Shown here piece after piece: positions 24,674 through 36,122 of a stretch of 64,000 nt of DNA. Position 1 is the stretch's first letter, and every line of letters begins with the position of its first letter. A model generated the notes under the pieces. That model was not told where the DNA came from, did no database searches, and saw only the letters and a program-made list of their open reading frames with translations. Both the position numbers and the translations under genes were made by a program. Source of the DNA: Squalus acanthias (taxonomy: Eukaryota); the NCBI GenBank assembly GCA_030390025.1, contig CM059432.1:76820001-76884000 (forward strand), read 5' to 3'.

Positions 24674-26551
24674 ATAGAATCTTAAAGTACAGAAGGAGGC
24701 ATATGGCCTATCATGCCTGTGCCGGCTCTTTAAAAGAGCTCTCCAATTAGTCCCACTTCCCTGCTTTTTCTCTATCGCCCTGCAAGTTTTTCATTTTCAA
24801 GTATATATCCAATAACATTTTGAAATCTGCTTCCACCACCCTTTCAGGCAGTGCTTAATAACTTGCATAAAAAGTGCATAAAAGAATTTCTCCTCATCTC
24901 CCTCTGGTTATTTTGCCAATAATCTTAAATCTGTGTCCTCTGGTTACCGACCCTTCTGCAAGTGGAAACAGTTTTTCCCTACCTAATCTATCAAAACCTT
25001 TGATAATTTTGAACACCTCTATTAAATCTCCCCTTAACCTTCTCTGCTCTATGGAGAAGAACCCCAGCTTCTCCAGTCTCTCCACGTAATGGAAGTCCCT
25101 TATCCCTCGTACCATTCTAGTAAATCTTCTTTGCATTCTTTCCAAGGTCTTGACATCTTTCCTAAAGTGTGGTGCCCAGAATTGGAAACAATGGCCAGAA
25201 TTTTGCCTACCTGGGCAGGTCCAGTACGGGCGGTGTCCGTGGCGGGTCGCGACACCGCTGCTGGCTCCATCCCACTGTTGAAAATGAACTGACCTTAATG
25301 GGGCTTATTAAGCCCGCCCAGTGCGTTACCCGGCCCAATGAGATGGAGCGGGCCTAGTGACGTCATTCATGACGCGTTTTCAGCCGGGATCTATAAAGGG
25401 ATCATGGCCACATTAGATTTGAAGTTTAATCTAACAGTGCTGTCAGTGCACTCCAGCATTGGAGTGCTGCAAACACTGACAATGACTGCACAGAGGCAGA
25501 GGGCTGCACCCAGGTTCTCTGATGACTCCCTCCATATGCTTGTGGAGGGACTCAGAGCACGCTGGGAGGTCCTCTTTCCTTCGGATGGGTGGGACAGACC
25601 TCCCCAGGAGACCAAGACAGCCTGGTTGCAGATTGCAGAGGAGGTCACAAGCAGGGATGTGGTCAGGAGGACCTGGGTGCAGTGCCTCAAACATTTCAAT
25701 GATCTCATTAGATCAGGAAACGTTAGTACAAAGCCACACTCAACTTCATCCTGCTGTGCCTCTCATCACATCCCCATCACGCTGCCTTCCCAACCCTGCT
25801 CCTGCACATCCTTACACCAACTTACCTTGCACGTCCACCCATCCCTCTCTCTATCTACATTATCACATCCCCATCTCAATAGCCACCCCTCAAACTCACC
25901 CTCATCCTAGTGCAATCATACCAACTAGCAACACACAAGGGTACTCACTTGGGTGTTTTATCCAATGTTTATGTAAAGTTTCTGTTAATGTGGTGTCAAA
26001 CGTAAAAATCTTTATTTTCAACACTTTCCGTCTTGGACAGATTTGTGTGCACCTTTCAAAGTTGTTATGAGTTGCAGTGAATGGTGGGACATAACGGTAC
26101 CCCCTGCAATGGTGATGAGTGTGAAAGGAATGGCTTGGTCATTGTAGGGATGTTTTATGGTGTTGGTGTGGGGTGGTGCCAACCTGGTGCATCATGTGGC
26201 AGCCATATGTACAGCGTAAAGTTAACGAAATCTGGCCATGATGAGGCCATCCCTGGCCTCTCGGGCAGCAATGTGCTTGGGTGCTGATGCCCCGTGTCCT
26301 GTGCAGCATCAGATGATTGCGGAGAAGGTTGGTGTTGTTGGTGCTGCTGGTGTTGGGGCTCACCGTGGTCCGATTCTGAGGACCAAGGTGAGACAGTATA
26401 AACGGCACCCATGTTGATGGAATAGATGGCAGGTGAAGCACAGAAGACAGAAGCATTCTGTCAATGGTGAGAGAGGTAATGAGGTGAGACTGGATGTAGA
26501 CTTTGCTGGAAACGCTTGCAGCCTGCAGAATTTGTGCTGGAAATGGACTGA

Positions 26552-27351
26552 TGTAAGAAACAGCTGTTAGATTCAGAGATGAAGTTTGACTCTTAGAACA
26601 GAAATTAAAATGCAGCCAGGAACAAATGGGTGAAGTGTCAGCAAGGTCAATTAACAAACACCAAAATGATAAGAAGGTCGTAAAATGCAAGAAAACACGG
26701 GAGGATAGTCATAGCTAGACAATAAGGAGACACGAAGCCATAAAATGTCCTTAAAGAAACATAACAAAACATTCCTCAGAAAGATAAGAGAAAAGGCCTC
26801 TGCAGCCATGCAGAAAGAAGCAGTGAGGGATGTTTTCCGGCACCACACTTGGGTTATAGATGATTATAGGTGATTGACATTAGCGAGATCACAGCCCACC
26901 GAAATAACTATAAATATAGTGGGCTGAGAGCAGAAGTCAGACAGCGAGGGACGAAGGCTTCTTCAAGGTGGAAATCAATGCTGGCTCAGGCCTAACACCT
27001 TGACTAAGTTCAGCCTCTGAGGTGGATCAATGCTGGCTTATGCTGAACACCTCCAACAGCCAGGGGGACAAATCAACAGAGGTGACTGCTGTTGCTGACT
27101 GCAGAGACTCGCTGACCCAAGACCTCCACGCTGTCTCATTGGGCATCTAACCAACCGTCCATCCGGTCGTGGCGTTCCGCTTCGGGAGTCGTAGATCGCT
27201 CTCTACTGTCACGGGTTGTATGTCTATTATATTCAGCTTAAACCATATGTAATACCTGATTATGCTTTAAAACTGAGCTCTTTAATAAAAGCCTTGCAAC
27301 TCCTAAAACCCTTTGGGTAATCTGTGTGTGGCCTGTGATCCTAATCTTACA
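26552..27351 (+). repeat. 5' LTR (800 bp)
   Basis: TGTAAG...CTTACA inverted ends, TATAAATA at 26909, AATAAA at 27284. Direct repeat of 36123-38090. Confidence 0.97.
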
Positions 27352-27352
27352 G

Positions 27353-27370
27353 TGGTGTCAGAAGTGGGAT
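27353..27370 (+). promoter_or_regulatory. Primer-binding site, tRNA-Leu (CAA/CAG type)
   Basis: TGGTGTCAGAAGTGGGAT is the 18-nt complement of the vertebrate tRNA-Leu 3' end (...ATCCCACTTCTGACACCA), 1 nt after the LTR. Confidence 0.9.
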
Positions 27371-27522
27371 CACAGAGTTAGGAGTTGTAAGGTTCCGGTC
27401 AAGGTGACCGGAGGGACTCGGTCAAATGCATGTGATCGTTGCTGAGACGGAGTATAGTGTTGTATTCTCTCTGAAAGAAGGGAGCGGTAAAGAGCTTGTT
27501 GAAAGGTAAAACCAGAAATACA

Positions 27523-29118
27523 ATGGCGTTGGCATATCATCGAGAATTATTAATAGACAGCCTGGCAGAAAAAGTCGGTAAGGCTGCGGCCACGGGCGTT
27601 CTAGGAATTTTAGAAGATAGTAGCGGGAACTATGATTGCATTCTTGACAAACTTTCGGCAGATATCCACCAAAACAAACTTAAGCTGAAGAAGGGCCGGG
27701 ATCAGTTGGCGTACGGGGCACACCTATTTGCTGAGCAGCTAAATCTGGAGGCTAAAGGGTTAAGGGAGTCAGTGCGTCAGCTGCAGCAGGACAACTCCGA
27801 GCTCCGCACCCAGCTATCCCGGGAGCAAAGAGAAAATGAGAAAGCACAGCGTGCCCAAAGGAAGCCAGACCAGATCCTAGACAATGACATTGAGTTACAG
27901 GCAGAGAACCGTAGGTTGAGAGAGGAGTTGGAAGATGCAAGAGGGGCAGAAAGGGAACTGAATCAACAGCAAAGCACCGTTTCCCCCGGGGCAGACCACG
28001 CCCTGTACCTAGAAAAAATCCAACAGCTGCAGGCACAAATTGGCCAACAGCGAGCAGTAGTGGCAGCCGTTTCCAAAATTAAACCAGCAGATCCCGACTC
28101 TTGTTGGGATGGTTTCGGACCGAGCCCTATTCCCTCTGCTCCTCCAGCTCCGCCTTCGTTGGTAGAGGGGGGCGAGGCAGACAAGATGCCAGTGTGCGTG
28201 GTCACCCGATCAAAGGCGGAATCGGAGCCCAAGGAAGCAGAAGGCGCGGAGACCCCCTCGAGCACTAGTATGATAGAGACAATTACCCGACGGCCCCTTA
28301 CTGCGGTCGAGGTCGGGACACTAAAAACTAACTTGGGAGCGTTGGGAGTCCGCACCGATCCCCTCGAGCTCAGGCAGCGTTGGAGGATTTTTAAAATTAC
28401 TCATCCAGAACTAGAAGGGAGCGACCTTAAACAGGTCCTCCTGGAGGCATGTTCCACAGAACTGAAACAAGAAATGGGTCAGGGCATTTTAGAAGGGGGC
28501 GATGTTGAGGATATTGGGACGGAGCTATGCCGAGTGTTGGGGGAGGGTAGCCTGGACTTCCACCAACTCCTTGCTAACGCCAAGCAGGGCCCTACTGAGA
28601 GCCCGCACGCTTTTGGGCAGAAACTTCACGATATCTTTCAGCGCATCGGGGGGGGACAGGGGAACACTACGACAACCCGGGCTTCAAAATCCTCTTCCTT
28701 AATGGCCTCCAACCATTGGTCCGCAAAGCGCTAGGCGTTTACGTTTCTAAAGACACCAACTGGGAAAAAATTGCAGATTCGCACCCAGGCTGCGTGGGAC
28801 CAGACCCTTACCAGTATTCCCCAAGGCGCAGTAGCGGCCTTTGAAGGCCCGCTGCCTAACCAGAGGTCAGGGGAGCCCAGAACATCCGTGATGGGGAAAA
28901 ACAGCTCAATATGCTGCTATCGCTGTCACCGCCTAGCCCACTATGCCCATCAATGCTACAATTCCCCAAGGCAGGTAGGCCCCAACACAGCCGACCAGCG
29001 GCTTGAGAGTGTGGAGGCAGCCCTAGCCGCCCTAAGCCTCAGTCAGAAAGCCCTACCGTGGTGCAACAGCAGGATGGGTCATTTCCACCACCGCCCGCGT
29101 TATGACTCCCGGGGTTAA
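27523..29118 (+). pseudogene. gag: gag, frameshifted near 28650 and 28780
   Basis: Long heptad/coiled-coil region, PSAPP late-domain-like motif, MHR-like QGPTESPHAFGQKL, CCHC knuckle CYRCHRLAHYAHQC. Confidence 0.88.
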
Positions 29119-31507
29119 CAGAGGGAGCGGGGGGCTTCCCCTCTCCAACACGATGAACACGGGAGGCCGGTAGTCCACATTGTTGATTCGGGAGGCCATC
29201 AACAACTAATGCTGGTCGACTCTGGCACCTCTATCACCATCATCCACAATCCCCACCCTGGCCCCAGTAAGGCTGTGCCCCAGCTTCTATCAGGCTTCAA
29301 CAATTCAACCCAGGTGACCATACAAGGGTCTCTTCCCATAGTATTGGACATAGGAGGGGCGCAGGTCGCAGTTCAAAACCCCATTTATATGTCCATGCAT
29401 ACCGGGCAGGGAATATTAGGCAGTGATGTGCTCGGCAGTCATCGGGCAGTGATTGATTATGCCAACAATTGTATCTGGTGGAACCTTCAAAACGGACCCC
29501 CCAACCCAGCGCGCATTCGGTATTCATGATTAAAAAAACAGAGGACTACGAACCAGTTACCTCTGCAGACCCGGAAGTCCGGGCGATCCTAGAGTCAGTC
29601 CTGGGAGTATTCGCGACTCACAAACATGATTGCGAGGGCATGACCGAACCCGAGGAGATTAATGGTCCGGTCCACGCTCCCATAAAACAGTACTCATACC
29701 CGGCTGGGAGTATACCATATATTCGAACTACCATCGAGTCATTGTTAAAGCAGGGTGTTGTCCGCAAAGGTACATTTACAACTAGCTCCCTCGTCTGGCC
29801 AGTCAAAAAGCCGGATGACAGTTGACGGGTAACTATCGACTACCGTAAGCTCAATTCAGTTACCCCCGCTTGCACTCCGGTGGTTCGAGAAACACCCACC
29901 CTACTCTCACAGATCCCCAACGGCAGCAAAGTCTTCTCCACCCTCGATATCTCGAATGGTTTCTGGAGTATCCCCGTAAGGCAGGAAGATCAGTTTAAAT
30001 TTGCTTTTACGTTCGAGGATCAGAGTTATACCTGGACGTGCCGGCCACAAGGGTTCCATAACGCCCCCACCATTTTCCACAAGCGTATGGCCGGGGCCCT
30101 GAAGAACTTTTCACGGCCCTCCTGTTTGCTTCAGTATGTTGATGATATCCCGCTTGCTACCACGGACCAAGCATTTGACACTCCTTCAGGAACTGCTGCA
30201 GCTACTTTTAAAAGCCGGACTGAAGGTCCACCCGTGGAAGGCCCAGCTGGTGCAGGATTGTGTCACCTTTTTAGGCGTCCGAATTGGAGCTTCTGGCATC
30301 AGCCCGGATCAGCATCAGATCGAAACCATTCAGCACCTCCCCCTGCCCACTTCAAAGACCGCCCTGCGTTCCTTTCTCGGGCTGGTGGGAGACCAGCGGA
30401 CTTTCATTCCACGATTTGCAGAAACAGCCGCGCCGCTTTATCAACTACTTAAAGGAAACGACGACCAAGTCCGACTCGGCTGGACTGAGGACTGTACAAA
30501 CGCAGTGACACAGTTGAAGCAAGCTGTCGCACAGGCTACGTGTCTGGTTCCAACCAAGCCCAGCGAGCCCTTTCATATGGAGGTAGGGGCCACAGAGAAA
30601 AGCCTCACAGCCGCCCTATGCCAGGATAACCAGGGCAGACTATTACCTATCGCCTATGCCTCCAGGATCTTAAGGGGGGCTGAACTGACTTACTCTGCCT
30701 GCAAAAGACACTTGCTGGCCACCTTTTGGGCCGTCAAACACTTCACCTACATAACGGGGTTCAATCAAGTGATACTACACAGCCCACATACGCCACTCAA
30801 ACTGCTGCTACGGCCCGGGGACACGCTAGTGTCATCGGCTCGGCTGAGCCACTGGACATTGGAACTGACTCAGCGTGACTTGGAGGTCACTCCCAAACGA
30901 ACTACTTTGCTGCCCCAATGACTCTTATACGACGGACCCCCGCACGAATGTCCCCTTCCTCCGCTGGACTTCCACACCACCACGGTCCAGGCAGAACCGA
31001 TTCAGGGGGCACCAGATGTCTTTATTGATGGATCATCATTCCACAAGGATGGGAAACCGCACACCGGATTTGCCGTTATCCTAACGAATGAGGTTATCCA
31101 ATCCAGTTGCACCCCTCATTCTGCGCAATACGCCGAGGTGACTGCTCTCGTAACCGCCGTTTAGATTACCGCCTCCCAAAGCATTAACATTTGGTCCGAC
31201 TGTGCCTCTGCTATCAACACCCTGCTGTCCTTGCCAATGTATGCGCGAAATAACTTTTGTACCACCGACGGTAAACCCCTGTTGCATGCCACCTTGTTTC
31301 AGGCCTTGGACGCGGGGTTGCGGGGACGTACGGCACCTGTTTATGTGGGTAAGGTTAAGGCACATTCCCGGTCCATAGAACCGCTAGCTAGGGGTAATTC
31401 CATGGCCGACCAGGCTGCCAAGCAAGCTGCTATAAACGCCCCGGTGTGGGAACGACCCCGGGAACCCAACACCCTACCCGTGGCAGCAATCAGCTTGGCC
31501 AACGACC

Positions 31508-32368
31508 GCTCCCTCCGCGACACCCTAGTCCACTCCTCTACCACCCCCAGCACCCCTTCCCCTTCGCCCGGCACCTTCCCGTGCACGCGCAGGAGATGCA
31601 ACACATGCCCTTATACCTCCCCTCTTCCCACTGTCCAGGGCCCCAAACACCCCTTCCAGGTGAAACAGCGATTTACTTGTACTTCCTGCAATTTAGTATA
31701 CTGTGTTCGCTGCTCACGATGTGGTCTCCTCTACATTGGGGAGACCAAACGCAGATTGGGTGACCGCTTTGCGGAACACCTCCGTTCAGTCTGTAAGGGG
31801 GACCCCGAGTTCCCGGTCGCCTGTCACTTTAATTCACCGCTTCACTCCCACTCTGACCTCACCGTCCTCGGCCTATTACACTGTTCCACGGAAGCGCAGC
31901 GTAAGCTCGAGGAACAGCACCTCATCTTTTGTTTAGGCACGCTACAGCCCTCTGGACTCAATATCGAGTTCAACAATTTTAGATCATAACCTCAGCTCCA
32001 ATCACATTTATATTTTATTTTTTCCACCCTTTTATTTGCCCCCCCCCCACCTTTTTTTTCCTCCTAGAAGCTGGCAGCTGTCCTTCATTCTGCCAGTGGA
32101 TTTCACACTTCTTTCAGCCTTAATCTGTCACATTAACACCACCTCTAGCCTTGCATATCTCTTAATGTCTCTTAATGTCTCTTCATCTCCCCCTTTGTTC
32201 CTTTATCCCCTCCCCCTTTTCCCAGCTTTACCCTGGCCTTAAATCTATTTGATTTCCGGCTCTTCCCAGTTCTGATGAAAGGTCATCGACCTGAAACGTT
32301 AACTCTCTTTCTCTCTCCACGGATGCTGCCTGGCCTGCTGAGTTTTTCCAGCGTTTTCTGTTGTTATT
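31508..32368 (+). mobile_element. 5'-truncated Penelope-like element (GIY-YIG domain plus terminal repeat)
   Basis: 13-bp TSD TTGGCCAACGACC. NLVYCVRCSRCGLLYIGETKRRLGDRFAEH...GLN. Removing it restores the pol frame (AISLANDLASLQ). Confidence 0.95.
32268..32304 (+). ncRNA. Minimal type I hammerhead ribozyme motif of a Penelope-like element
   Basis: AGTT-CTGATGA-A-AGGTC(ATC)GACCT-GAAACGTT-AACT: stem I, core, stem II, GAAA and palindromic AACGTT. Confidence 0.8.
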
Positions 32369-34841
32369 TTGGCCAACGACCTAGCCTCCCTACAGGCCGG
32401 GTATGACCCTTACTCTATAGTCATTGCATGGCACCAACAGGGCCCGCCCCTGCCAGCTCCAACCCCATGGGCCTCGCTCACTTTCCTCTACCAGGACACG
32501 ATCAGTACCCTGATGCCCATCCTCATATACGGTGACATCCCGGATTATTCTGTAACCTGTGTTCCCCCATCTATGGGAGATGAACTATTTGATCTGCTAC
32601 ACGCCCACCCGGTGGGGGGACATTATTCTGCAAAGATCACCCTGGAGAAACTCTCCACCACGGCCTGGTACCCCGGTTGTAATGAGGACTTTGAAAACAG
32701 GGTCCACAGGTGCCTTGCGTGTCTTCAGCATAACCCAGGCAATCACTCTAATAGGGCACCACTACGACAGCCGCCACCACCAAACGGGCCCTGGACACAT
32801 GTCCACATTGACTTTATAGGCCCTCTAGCCACGGCGCCCCTGGGCTACAAGTACTGTCTGGTCCTGATAGACAAATTCACAAAATGGATTGAGGCCTTCC
32901 CCTGCAGAGTCAACACCACTCTCACGGCAGCAAAACTGCTATTGTGCGAGGTGGTCTGCAGGTGGGGAATCCCGATCCAGGTAGATAGTGACCAAGGCTC
33001 ACACTTTACCAGGGAAGTCTTCACTGAACTCCAGAGACTCCTGGAAATCCCCCACAAACTACACATAGCACACCACCCACAATCATCAGGAGTGGTGGAA
33101 AGGGGGAACCGGACCCTTAAAACTATATTGAAAAAGTTTTGTGCGGACCACCCCGCACAATGGGCTAACATGCTGCCCATGTGCCTGATGGCGATAAGAG
33201 CAACCTCACATAGCACCATGGGTATTTCACCTTACCAGGCTATGACGGGGCGGCTAATGAGAACGTCGGCCCAGCTCCTCACTCCATCTCTCACCCCACT
33301 CCTGCAGGGGGCGGCCAACCAGAGGTGGTTAGAATCAATGATAGAACACATTCAGAGAACGAATGAGTTCGTAGCCCAACAGACCGGGAAAAGACAACAA
33401 CAGATAAAAAAGTACTTTGACAAAAAGGTTCGGCCTTTCGAGTATCAGATTGAGGATGTGGTTATGGTCCTAACTACCGAAGAAGGGAATATGCCTTCGA
33501 ATCTAAATGGGTGGAACCCTGCCCAATCAAAAACCGAGCCAGCCCCGCGGTATACCTGGTCCAAATCCCATATAAAAAGGGGAAGAAAAGGCCCAGGTGG
33601 TACCACATCAATCAGTTGAAAACTGTGAAAGGATAAATACTCCACATTTTCTGTTGTAGGTCACGGCACAGGATGACTCCACTCAAGATTCTGATAGAAC
33701 TGGCAGCAATCATCGGTATCATCCACCCGATGAACATAAACATCATCGTGAGACAAGGATTGATCCTGCGACCTACTAACGAGTCCACAGAGGACAACAC
33801 TTGGACTATTCCAGAGGATGGGTGTAATATGACTTTCTATTGTAATTACTGCAGCTGGGTGAGGCCCTATGAAAACGGACCCCCTGTAGAATGAGCACGG
33901 GAGGGGGAGGGGCTAAAGGTAGCATGCCAGTGTATTAAAGATCGAAATAGCGTAACACCAAACTTCCAATTGGGAAAGGGGAGTTATGGAGACCGGGGAT
34001 TCGGATTCGAGGATTCGGTTAGGATCACACCAGAGAGCGTGGGAATCCCCTAACTAGGGCAAAACCAGGACACACTAAACTGGCCAAAACTGAGCCAGAG
34101 GCACAGAGGGATGATTGGATGCCTTGATGCAGGCCCCCTGGGATGGGATCATCCAGGTAGCAGGGAGGGAAGGGTCCAACAGATTGAGATATATAAAGAG
34201 GAGAAAGGCAACAGCCAGGAAACAAGCAGCGCCAGAGTGAGGAAATGCCCACTGCTAGAGAAAGGGCCAAGGAATGGGTTAGTGGTCACCCACACCTATA
34301 AGAAGCTACACAACGACGTGAGATATGAGATAGTGCCCATTCTACTCCACTTCAGGGACATCCCTCTCCCGCAGGGGCTGTGTCCCGCAGGACACCGCAT
34401 CTACTTCAATCAGCTGGTGGGAGAAACAGTGAGGGATTTTGTAGCAAAAAACCAGGCACAGGATAACTGGGGATCATGGGACGAGAAAAAGGTAACAGCA
34501 GAAGTAAACATGACCAAAGCCAGGAGGAAACAAAGAACGAAAAGGGGATTGGGGGAGTGGGTCGGAATAGGGGCAGTGGCAGGGACAGCTGCCTGGAATC
34601 GGGTCGATGTAGAGAACATGTGGGAACACAACGAGGCAATGAGGAGTCAATTAAAAGGGATTCTATCAGGAACAAACAAAGAAGGGCGGGATGTGATCCA
34701 AGAACTGTCCCAAAATCTCTTGACAGTCAGAGGCGAGGTAAAGGTGTTCCAACAAATAGAAAAAACAGTTAATGAAATCATCAAGGATAAGGGGGAAGCA
34801 GAGAAAAACATATCCAGGGCTATGGTCTGTTCTGTTTATGG

Positions 34842-35052
34842 GAAGTCGCACAACACCAGGTTATAGTCCAATAGCTTTATTTGAAAACACAAGCTTTCGG
34901 AGCGCTGCTCCTTCGTCAGGTGAAGACTTCACCTGACGAAGGAGCAGCACTCCGAAAGCTTGTAATTTCAAATAAAGCTGTTGGACTATAACCTGGTGTT
35001 GTGCGACTTCTCATATTTGTCCACCCCAGTCCAACACCGGCATCTCCACATC
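34842..35052. mobile_element. 211-bp Penelope-derived foldback insertion in env
   Basis: 10-bp TSD CTGTTTATGG. 84-bp inverted arms around a 1-nt loop plus a 42-nt unpaired tail. Confidence 0.92.
34929..34965 (+). ncRNA. Minimal hammerhead motif (mirror copy on the minus strand at 34887-34923)
   Basis: TCAC-CTGACGA-A-GGAG(CAGCA)CTCC-GAAAGCTT-GTAA. Confidence 0.7.
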
Positions 35053-36110
35053 CTGTTTATGGAGTTATATGCTCAGCCAGATAGCAGACGGACTCAGAGA
35101 TATAGGAGACAATCGAATTCCATCCTTCATAAATGACAGCCTAATTAGTAGATGGTTCGCCAGGCACAACTACACCAGAGGAGCCCGACAGCATGGGCTA
35201 TCTTACCTAGTTAAAGGGAACGGGGTTCAGGGAAGCATGGTACCAGTGGTCTTGTGGCTACCCCGCCTCCAGGTAGAAGGCGAGTGGGAAGTATTCAAGG
35301 TAGAATCCATAGGGACCATGGACCGGGACATCCACACGTTATATGAAACTCCCCCCCCAATCCTGATCAACCAAGCTCAGACATGGGATAGCCCCAACAC
35401 CGAATGCTGCTCTGATCGAGGAGGGTCCTATTTGTGCCGCTGTGATGTAAGGAACCCAGGAAAGCCAGTCTGTGGCTTCACTCTGGATCCAGAGTCGCCC
35501 ACGTCTGGCGGTGGGGGCCAGATAGCGCAAAATATACGTCCCTCCAGATGGGAAAGTACTGTGTCACCACCAATGCCGAGACGATGAAACATGGGAATCA
35601 GGAATGTCCCATCCAGAGCCCTACATTCTGCTTTAAGCCGACCCAAACAACCATAATAGGGGGTCAGGTCCTACTCCCCGTCTCAGCTCACAACATCACA
35701 GAACTCAGAGTTAACATCTCCATGCTGAACGAAGCGCTCGAGGCCGTGACCCAGTTCGGCTACCCGATTCTCCCATTGTCTCTGAACCTCAAATCGATCT
35801 TAGACAGGACTAGCACCTCGGAAGCTCACTTAGTTAAAATGACCCAGCAGAATGAGGAGATGGAATCAGAAATCCAAAATCTAGGGGAACGGAAGTGGTA
35901 TGAATCAGTCTACAATGTTAGCCAAACTCCTTGGTTAAGGATGCTGACCCTGTTAGTAGTAGGGCAAGGATCCATACTGATAATCTTGGTAATACTGGTA
36001 TGCTACCTACGGCACCTAATCAAACGGATGGGGAGATGAGCCAATAACTTAGAATTAGCTAGAGTAGTTAAGAGTAAGTTGTGAGAAGTCAATAAGGCTA
36101 TTTCCTTCTC

Positions 36111-36122
36111 AAAGAAGGGAAT
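36111..36122 (+). promoter_or_regulatory. Polypurine tract
   Basis: AAAGAAGGGAAT immediately before the 3' LTR. Confidence 0.8.

Larger units (their letters stand above)
29119..33636 (+). pseudogene. pol: pro-pol: protease, RT, tether (degenerate RNase H), RNase H, integrase. Frameshifts, stops and a Penelope insertion
   Basis: LVDSGT...ILGSD, WPVKKPD, LDISNGFW, PQGFHNAP, LQYVDD, PIAYASR...Y..C..HLLA, VFIDGSS / SAQYAE / IWSD / KVKAH / GNSMAD, HHCC, HIDFIGP, DSDQGSHF, VERGNRTLK, WYHINQLK. Confidence 0.95.
33673..36039 (+). pseudogene. env: env: class I fusion glycoprotein resembling Mononegavirales F. Two in-frame stops, one insertion, at least one frameshift
   Basis: Hydrophobic N-terminus. 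Splice-acceptor-like TTTTCTGTTGTAG at 33647-33659. RTKR furin site followed by a GLGEWVGIGAVAGTAA fusion peptide. Heptad region, Cys-rich block, C-terminal TM (LTLLVV...ILVILVCYL), short tail. Confidence 0.88.

Noticed and set aside
27353..27370. tRNA gene
   Set aside because: Only the 18-nt complement of a tRNA 3' end including CCA, which is a PBS.
34842..35010. miRNA precursor or ordinary DNA-transposon MITE
   Set aside because: The arms are Penelope terminal-repeat sequence (same as 36583 and 54129), with an asymmetric tail and a 10-bp TSD.
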